DNA of 60,999 nucleotides, counting the filler, from Circinaria calcarea (taxonomy: Eukaryota): the NCBI GenBank assembly GCA_051942165.1. It is 5 parts of 5 records of this genome, joined end to end, with 100 filler letters (N's around TTAATTAATTAA, not from the genome) between each part and the next. Parts side by side here need not be neighbours in the genome. Positions count along the whole stretch, not along the records: positions 48,915 to 60,999 come from JAVECS010000610.1; 4 more parts are not named here. One strand, 5' to 3'. The stretch's first letter is position 1, and the number at the start of each line of letters is the position of its first letter. The notes under the pieces are model-generated. The model did not search any database. It was given only the letters and a program-made list of their open reading frames with translations, and had not been told where the DNA came from. Positions 51,901-60,999 of the stretch are shown here, piece by piece. A program made the position numbers and the translations under genes.

Positions 51901-54900
51901 CGATGAGATCAATACCCTTCTGTTGTGACCATCGACCGACAAAGACGAAGAGTTCGGCCTATTTATGTTAGACCTGCTTGATACGTAGTATTTATGGGGT
52001 GGGGTGCTTACATTAGGATTGACTTCAAGACCAGCCCATTGCTGAGTCTGAACTCGAAGACTACCTCTAGCTGCTTCCTTCTCTTGATCGATAACAACGC
52101 GATCTTTGTCGGGCAGCTTTCTGTCCCATTCCCCGGTGTCTGTTGGGTCAGGGTTCGGTAACGCTCCAATTTTGGCCAAGCCCCAAAAGATTGGATACCG
52201 TGCATATGAGCGCTTTCCATATTTCTTAGATACACCCACTGCCCCGAAGCCTTTTTGGTGGATCCGCAGATAACTAGCCGCGGCATGTAGAAGATTGAAT
52301 ACTTCACCAAACTGTACATACTTCTCCACGGTATGTTTATCGAGATGGTATACTTGACAAATCTCGTCCATCTCCTCAGGTGTCCGGAGTGGCCAGAGAC
52401 CTTGAAATTCTGCATTATGCAAAGAAAGGCAGACCGGTATAGTCTGCGGTAAGAGATGCAAGGGAGCTACCGCCCCATGATAATCGTTAATATGATACAT
52501 GTCAACGCTGAACCTGGTAAGCGTCTCAGCAATACACTGATTCCACGCAGAATAGTATATTGCACTGTCGAGATCATCCATTCGTGGGGGATAAGGCTCA
52601 GCTTTTGTCTGCTTCCTAAATACTGGGGCGTCCAGCAGTACGAATGTAATGTTCCGAAGCGTATGGTACTGCACTTCGATTTCGTAGTAATTGCCTAGTA
52701 TGACAACAGTCATAGGCTCGGCAACCTGGTCCACAGGATAGACGATATCGCCAACGCAGGGTACCACCCATATGAGATCTTGATGCCCCAAATTCTTTCC
52801 CATTAAGCTGGCCATGACCCTGACAAAACCGGTCAATTATCATTCACGGAAGGTTGGGAGAAAATTATGATTCTTTCTTACCCCAAGCCCCCGATCTTTA
52901 CCTTTACCGCCCAGTCTTCAATCTCGTACTCCATCGTTGCGATCAAAACAGTACGTCGATTAGGAGATCCCGTCTCCACAGCCAATGCGCCAGTTGGTAA
53001 ATCAAGGGATCTCCTAGAATCGTTAAACACATTTGCAACAGCGCTCTTAAGTAATTCGCGGTCCGGTAAGTTTGGACGGACCAGACCAAAAAGGCCTGAT
53101 TTTTCTGTAACACCGATCTTGTTGAATTTCACTTGATAGAATGATTTCATGAATATCCAGATGCCAAGAGTAGCCGTCATTAGAGGTACTAAGCCAAGGA
53201 GGACGGCGAGGATTGTCTGCGTTGCAGCCGAACCAATTGGAATAAAGCGATAGTTATAGTTTGCATCGTTGACAACTATCTGATAGCCAAGGTAATGCTT
53301 CGGCGGTATTTGTGACATGTTGACCATGTTCCGTGCAAGACTATCCGGGGGTACCTAAAGGTCAAGAGTTATTGTTTTTCTCTCATCGTTTGACTGAGGC
53401 ATATACTAACCCAATCAAGCACAAGGTCATTATCTACATCTCCAAGGGCGTGACTCTTATCCGGGACGCCGTCTGGATTCATGCCCCATACATTCACCCT
53501 CACCTCGGTCGGCCATTCAGACATTAGGTCAAACTTCCATATCCCATCTGATTCTAGAGTCATCTCATTCGGAAGGCCTGAATCATAGCCGAATTGGTTC
53601 CAGGCCCCCTCGATAAATGCATGCGGCCAGCGTCGAGCCGGAAGGGTGCCACGATCTAGATCGCCGTGCTGGACATGGTCGCTGCTGCCGGTTGCTGAAC
53701 TCCAATAGTGAGTAATGACATGCTCACCAGTCCACTTTTGTCTTTCAGTCCCTGACCAGGCTTGGACCTCCAGGCTGACATTCGCACCCGTGTAGTCTTG
53801 CCAATCAGAAAAACTGGAACCCCAATTCAGCGAGTATCGGAACTTTTCTGCTCCAGCCGCTCTTGGGGAAATGTACAGGCCACCATTAGCATCTTTATGT
53901 AGCAAGTTTCTGGTGTAATTGGCCATCGCTGGGAATACCATCGGGTTATCACTTTGGCCGATACGAAACATGAAACGATCAATAGCCTTGAAAAAGCAGT
54001 CAGCTTCGAGATTCATACACAATTCGATTCATAAACAGCGCCGTGAGACAACTTCTAAGCTGAGATTGCAAACTAGAAGTCCAATATTCTTGTTTGCCAC
54101 ACTTGGACACTCGATGAGCGGGGGTTTCTTTGCACTTACGTTTGTATACAACTTCTTATCTTGGGTTGTGGCGTTTCTGACCGTAAAAGTATGAACGCCG
54201 TTAGACACGTTCTCCAATTGCGCGTTGAAAATCCACGCTGTCGGAATCTCACCCACGTGACGAGGAGGATCAGCATCAGTCGTTTTACAGACGATACTGG
54301 TTCGATTAAGTTGTGCCGTCTGATTGTTTTGGGTATCGGAGGAAATTTCAAGGCTATTCGCCACGGAGTCGCAGTCCATTTCACTGGAAAACCGAATTTG
54401 TATTGGCACCGTTTCTTGCTCATCATACGCTACCGTCGACTGAAGTCTTTCGTCATGACCAGGTATAACTCGAGTTATAGTAGGGGCCGGTGTCATCCAC
54501 TTATCCTTCGGAACGAAGGCTTTATACTCCCATGGTACCATGTCCAGTTTCGGAAGACATCCATTGGGTTCGGTAGACTTCTCGATACCTTCGAGATTGT
54601 CAGCAGTAGTTAGGCACGCAACTTTCGGTGTTCGACTCCATCAAGGCACAACATGTGCAGGGAAACTTACCCAAGGTAACAGTCGAGTCCTCCAGAGTAT
54701 ATTCCTCATACGGGTAGAACAGGTTCTTCACCCTTGTTCCGGTAGGGAAAGCCGATATCAAGGCCAGAGAAGTATTTTTGCTCTTGCAGTCGAACGTGTA
54801 ATTGACCGTCTTGTTCTCGTTTTGGTAAATGAACCAAACACCCTGATTTCCCTGACCTGTTCCTGTGAAATCTTGAATGCCTTCGGTCCTGCCTCTATAT

Positions 54901-57000
54901 ACGCTCCAGATACCTTGCGGGGAAGGAATGCCCTGACTACCGCGTAGGTAGATGTTATAAATACGAGAAGATAGAGTCTCGAGGTGGTATCCGTCATTGA
55001 GTGTAGGGAATTGCCGTCGTAACTCATACATCCTCTTGAAAACGTTTCTCAGGGGATGTGAGGGATCTCGATGATCCAAGCTTACGGAATCGTCGTGGCA
55101 ACCGTATCCAGATCTGTTGAAAGGTATGTCAACATAAACTGTCTCACCAAGGTTGTAACAGCCATGAATTTGCCATGCCCGAGAAGACGCCATTGGTGTT
55201 CTCCCGAATACGTAGTCGCTGGCTTGATTTTCCAGGATATAATGCTCCTGCTCTTCTCCGAAAAAGACCATAGGCACCCCCGGCAGCTCTAGTATGGTGA
55301 CAAAGAACCCAAGTAATTGGCGTTGGGTACCGTTCTTCAAAGCGGGCCAACGAAACACATCCTGGCCTATAGTTTGGTCAACGTAACGGCTACAACCGGA
55401 AAGAGCAAGGCTAATTACCAGTCATGCCAAACATGTGTCTTGGGTCCATTTGACCGGTGTTCGCGTTGACCATATCGTTATTAGCAACTAGTTTCGCCCA
55501 TTGGTCTACCCAGTCGACTCCTCGGGCACCCCAAGGTGAATCCAGACTTCAAGGGGTGTTAGCCATAACTATCTTCACACCCAGGTGTAAGAAAACTTAC
55601 CCCAAGAATCTAGTCATGGCCCCATAAATATCGTAATGGAATGCAGAGCCATCCAAGGCACTCTTTCCGAAATCACGAATGTAGAAACTGCTATCCGTCT
55701 TATCCGTTGCCATCAACGCCTCTGTCGCATTGTCGAAAGCTTGATTTGGCTGTTTACCTCGGCCCACATAGACACCGGCCAGGGCTGGATCTCCGACTAT
55801 CTCACCGACCATAAGGAAGTTCTCTTTTCCGTGCCTCCGTGCGCATTGCCGCTGATAGTCGGAGAATTCAGCCATGGCATCTGGCGTAGTCTGCAAAGCT
55901 TTGTCCATCCTAAAGCCATCAATATCGAACATGGCAATTTGTATGCATGACATGACTTTAATCTTGTCGAACACATCGCTCCGCCATTCCCGCAACCGGT
56001 CTTGCACGCCGGCGAATTTAGATAGTTGGCTTACGTAGCTAGGGTAGGCTCCGGTGCCCTTGATATCTCCATACTGGGAACAATCAGCTCAAATGTCAGG
56101 TTATGGTCAGCAGATGGTATATATGCCTACATGATCGAATTCGCTGTCTTTACACCCATTCATTTGGTCGGTGATATCTTTGGTCAGCGGATAACCGTCC
56201 TGGCCCCACAATCTCGGGTATTTGCAGGAAGAGTCCCTCTCACTCCCGGGTTGGAAATCGTGGTATCTCCTATCACTCTTCCACACATAGTCGTATTCCT
56301 GGAAGTTAAAGGGGGTGGTGGTATTCACATGGCCTTTGAAGGCAAGGAGATCACCCATACTAGAGTTAAGCGTCAGTGGCAGTTCTCATAACAAGAGATT
56401 TCTCAGGTGAACAGACGTTGCCATGGTGCTATCTAATACCACATACATATCCCTGCGGTGAATCTCTGTGACGAGCATTCGCCACTCTTCAATGTCTCCA
56501 TGATGCCGATCCAAAAGAGTGAAATCCAAGGGTCCATAACTATCACCCGACCATGGCATGTTGATAAAAGGACTACCGGTGATATATAATGCCTAGGGCA
56601 TCAGTCAGCACTGAGGGCAAATCTTCACTACGTCCGAACAAATATCTACCTTGACGCCCATTCCCTGGATATAATCGAGATTGTTGCGTACCCCTCTTAT
56701 GTCACCTCCGAAGCGAAATTGATTGGTCATCCAGTGATGCTCGAAGACAGTACCGTTGGCCTCATTGTTGGAAGGATCGCCATCCACATATCTATCGATG
56801 GTGAGAACGTAGAAGGGGAATCGCCAGTTCGTCGGGGAAGGGGTATATTTGTGATTGTCCCATTGACCCCAGTAGTCGGTGGGTTCGGTGGCAGTCTGGT
56901 TCTGGTTGAGGTTGTACCTTATTTGATCGGGGTCATATCGAAGCGCTATAATTGCGGTGGGCAATACGGTCAGAACGACCGCAGCGCAATTCCAAAGCAT
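48936..57000 (-). CDS. ags1: Cell-wall alpha-glucan synthase (GH13 + GT5 + multi-pass membrane domain), many introns
   Basis: Signal peptide, [82 protein letters not shown]-terminal [10 protein letters not shown]. The paralogue number is not determinable here. Confidence 0.93.
51229..51285 (-). repeat. 12-bp coding tandem repeat (APNT-like, about 4 units) in the ags cytoplasmic linker
   Basis: Translated [21 protein letters not shown]. Confidence 0.8.
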
Positions 57001-58380
57001 TCTTCAAGATGATCTCTGCCAGGCCACAGTCAAGGAAGAGAACAGAGCAGTCATTGAATGTCTTGTGTTGAGGGAGGATGTGGATACATTAAGAGTTGTA
57101 GGTACCAAATGATATCATACGATCCGGAAGTCCATCACTTGGCGGACGAATACCCACAAGGCGTGAAACAAAAATATCCCTTGCCGAATCTTCCTCTTTC
57201 ACCCAGATAGTATATCAAAGTTATTTGTAACGTGCAGAATGGCCACCAAAGAAGCCGGGGAGCATGGAGCTACACCGCGGATGATAGGGGGGATGGTAGA
57301 TGGCCCATGTCTCCTTGGCCTGCAAGCCAAGCTGGAAACGACGGATCTTTGTTATCGCTACCATCTCTAATCTGGACCAACTCCGAATGGCAAAGTATCC
57401 AGTTGGGCTCAGCCTGATCCGGACAGAGTTAGAAAAGGCAAGAACGGGTTCCAAGTGTGGAAGGGGCCCCCTCCCCACTGCAGATCATTCCAGATTGCGC
57501 TTCACTGCACCACGCTTGTCATTTGACGAACCGTCTTGTTGCCAAGACAGGACCCGCTTTCGTTGACCGTAGGACACAATTCACAGTAGTCATCCGGAGA
57601 CGGGGGAAGTTTCACAGCGTCTGGTGCCATCTGGGGACAAAAATAACCATAACACGAATAGGTAGGAAAGAACGGAAGCCAAGCTGATGACGGAAAAGGG
57701 AGTTCAGCCCTGTGTGAGGCATGCAGTAGGGCCAAAGATCGACGTGGCAAACGACTGGTCGGAACAGACGACTGGCCGTCATCTGTCCTGACCATTCAAG
57801 CGGTGGCTACCATCGGGTGTGTGGTCCTTTTCTCGCGGTGCAGTAGCCCACCGGACCTTGTCGAGGATTCGGTACTTGTGGAGGTGAATCGACCACGACA
57901 CGCGCAACGGTTGAACCAATACCATTAGTGCATACTGCTATTTCTGGTTGGAGCGCTAGGGGATTTAAGGTGTGGCGTATCTCCGTTTTTAGCCTCAATC
58001 CCAGCTAAACTTCTGCCAAATTCAGGGGTACGACAGACGCGCGGATCGAAAGGATTTCAAGGGTTTTAAATTAAGACTTCCGTGGCGCCGACAAGATGAT
58101 AGGCAGCCAAACGTTATTCACAATGATTGTGTGCATGCCCAGGCAGATAAAATAATTAGTACGGGATGGTAGTGCTGTACATTACGAACATCATTGTCAC
58201 CGTTCTATCCAATTTGGGGTCGACGGTTATTTTACCATCTGGCTCGAGAGTTTGAGCAACAGACGTTCCTCTAGCATCCCATAATTGAGGAGACTCCACC
58301 AAGCATAGAACAGAACCTTCGAAGAGTGGCACTCCGCATCTCCGATACCCAAGACTCCAGACCGCGCAGGAAAAGAACGC

Positions 58381-58558
58381 CTATCAATTAACACACTTCA
58401 AAAAGATGCGGATAAGCTTTCGGCTCCGACATCGACAAGAGCCGGTCAACGCCACGCAAAACAACGCACATATACGAAGCAGTGGGGTTCACCGGCTCTT
58501 GTCGATGTCGGAGCGGATTGCAGTGATTGTTTTAGTGCTGGTGGTGTTTATTGGGTAG
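58381..58558. other. Long hairpin / inverted repeat, candidate structured ncRNA
   Basis: Perfect 24-bp inverted repeat GCTCCGACATCGACAAGAGCCGGT (58423-58446) / ACCGGCTCTTGTCGATGTCGGAGC (58491-58514), with imperfect inner and outer extensions. Confidence 0.75.
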
Positions 58559-59796
58559 ATATTGGCAATACCGAAGCTTTTAAACTCCAGCTCGCCTCAC
58601 AAAACACTGCATGAGCATGAGCATTGCATGAACTCGAAGTGCAAAGATCAATCTGCTTGATTACTGATGCTGATAGGGCGACTTGGGCTTTCTAGCAAGA
58701 GCAGGGTTCAATGACTAGTTCATGTACCAAGTATTGGCAATGATCCACTATGGGCGTCAACTCTGCCGCTCGGCATACCTGCAAGTCAACAAGGTATGCC
58801 TCGTGCCAGTACAGGGTAGCTGATGCCTATACGAGGGACCCAAGATAGGGCCTCATTCGGCGACGACTGGGGTGGAAAATAGTACCTAGTTGACTCGTTT
58901 TTTTGGGAAATCCGTGGGTTACTGGTAGTGGGTTTTCGCAATCCGCTTTCGACGGGAAAGGCGTCGTACCATTGCAAGCGAGATCTGGCACCGACTATCG
59001 CTGTTTTCACGATGATAAGCGCTTTTCCGGGGTTCAAATTTGTTTTCAGCGATTTTCGCAAGTGACAAAGAAACGCTATCGCGGGTAGCAATAAGATAAT
59101 AATATACCCTATTAATAATATACTCCTAATAAGCCAATGGGAGCCCCCCACATAACCTCTATGTATACCGCTTACGATAGTGTTGACTAGCAAATTATTA
59201 CGGAAATATGTAATTTTATGCCCTAAAAGTATGGAATCTGCTCAGGCATATTTCTAGATGTACTTAGCCGCTCTGTGGGTGACCTTACTTAGTAACCATT
59301 TTCTTTACTTGAGTGTTAGGCAAAATACGCTTGATGGTGGAAATCATGCTACCAACTATTCTTACACAAGAACAGACTACCTGTCAGGGTGACCCCTATT
59401 GTCAGGGCACACTAGTCCGTACACTAGTGTAACTGCAAACGGTCGTGAAACCTTAGGGTCCGAGGCTAAGGGCCCGATCCGAAGGATCCAGACGAGAACC
59501 CAGTGGGTTAGATGCTATCGGTAGTGGGGTCTGACTTGTTTGACAGGGTCCCGCGATTTGGATGTGAGGAGAATGAACATAATGTGAACTTGATGATTAC
59601 GACAAGAGGTGTTGTCGACAGCAAACCTCGACTGCATGTCGCTCCTGTCTTGGAAAATCCATCGTGGCTGGCCGACCATGTTGCACCGACACGCGCGATG
59701 TCCCCTGTCCCTTGTCCCTTGTGTATGAAGCCAATTAGCTAGAGGGCACCAACACCATATGGTAACGCCCCTCCAACTTTATTGCTAAATCCATAC

Positions 59797-60965
59797 ATGG
59801 CTATCATGGCTGACAATTCTCTCTCCGTGGTGCAGGCTTCGACGCCAGCGCTGCGATCTTGCAACATCTCACCTCTGAAGCTGAAATTAGAAAAGCGCCT
59901 CCAATGTCACCGCGCAGCTACCTACTGCTGAACACTCGCATGCATGGCTTTCATGGATCTTTCCTCCCTCGGATCTTACCGATCTGGAAGCGAAGTTCCA
60001 TATGGGTAACTACGTGATAGACCGCCAATCTGGCGAGAAGGCATTTGAACCAATGAGCATTGATGTCCGAGTAGGCATGCACTTCCTATACTGCGGCTCG
60101 GAGCAAGAGAAAGCTCTACACTGGGAGAAAACACTGGCGCACCTGGAAACCCAGAGCGAGAAGATGGGAAGGGAGTACGATGCACCGGAGAGTCGTGCAC
60201 ACATCGAACCCTTGATCGACAGCTTCAATCTGAGGGATTTCTTGTCCGAAATGAAGGAACCCGACCCCAACAATCACGCCACTTTTTAACGATTCCTTCG
60301 CCCACGAGGTCAATGAGTCTGCCAGGCCAATCGATGAACCAGATAACGATCTCATGACTTCTAGTCCGGCGGACTGCCGCCTCACCGCCTTCCCGACAGT
60401 AGAACTCGCAACAAAATACTGGCTCAAGGGCTCCACTTCACTCTTCGAAGCATTCCTCGGAGACGTCAATCTCGCCAGGCAGTTCGAAGGCGGGTCCATA
60501 GTCATCGCGAGGCTGGCACCGCAAGACTATCACCGCTGGCACTGGCCCGTCCCGGACACCGTCGAAAACATCAAGAATATCCTTGGCGCATACTACATCG
60601 TGAGCCCGCAAGCCATCAACGAATAAGGAACGCTCGATGTGTTTTGCGAAAACAAGATACCTGTCATGACCGTCTGGCGATCCACCACCGGTTTTCCCAT
60701 TGCCATTATAGCTGTCGGCGCTATGCTGGTCGGCTCGATCCAGTACGCTGACGGTATGGAGCGGAGTGGGACAGAGATTCGCAAGGCGCAGATGCTGGGC
60801 ACTTTCCGGTACGGGGGGAGTAAACTCATCGTCCTCTATCCAAAGCCCAAAGTCCCGTCCGACGAGGATTTAGCCAGGAATAGTACAGAACAGATCTATG
60901 AGACGCTCATGAGAGTTGGCTGGCGGACTGGGATCACAGCGTGGTTCCCCTGCTTGCTTTGTTAG
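59797..60965 (+). pseudogene. Phosphatidylserine decarboxylase (Psd2-like) pseudogene
   Basis: SSPADCRL, RLAPQDYHRW, AVGAMLVGSI and GTFRYGGS motifs. A +1 T in the run 60283-60287 creates TAA, there is an in-frame TAA at 60624-60626, and the N-terminus is frameshifted. Confidence 0.8.
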
Positions 60966-60999
60966 AGAGTCACCTCTTTAATATTGCATATAGAATTAG

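Noticed and set aside
59382..59550. Possible solo LTR (TGTCA...TGACA)
   Set aside because: Only a 5-bp terminal match, no target-site duplication and no second copy in the window.

Overview
Eukaryotic DNA from a filamentous ascomycete (Pezizomycotina), with short GT-AG introns. A lichen-type lineage is possible, but that is inference only. The window is not one locus. It is five contigs of about 12.1 kb joined by artificial 100-bp linkers (44 N + TTAATTAATTAA + 44 N), apparently sorted by decreasing length, so adjacency across linkers carries no biological meaning. Contig 1 has a tRNA-like relic, a degenerate repeat cluster, a TRAPPC12-like gene, a conserved hypothetical gene and about 5.5 kb of decayed ORFs. 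Contig 2 has the MAPKK STE7, SPT6, a 4-exon CCCH zinc-finger gene and a truncated HExxH protein. Contig 3 has a DUF1349 fragment, a MITE-like inverted repeat, a Cys-rich single-pass membrane protein, a GH47 mannosidase, a two-module Cys-patterned effector-like gene, a GH16 gene and truncated EME1. Contig 4 has TRS120, divergent from a large sacsin-like GHKL ATPase/DUF3684/HExxH gene. Contig 5 has an alpha-glucan synthase (ags), a long hairpin in its upstream intergenic region and a phosphatidylserine decarboxylase pseudogene. I cannot demonstrate a new multi-gene system. The best leads are the ATPase-plus-metalloprotease-motif protein, the pre-milRNA-like hairpin, the effector-like gene and the repeat/decayed regions of contig 1. 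Family assignments come from recalled motifs, not from searches.
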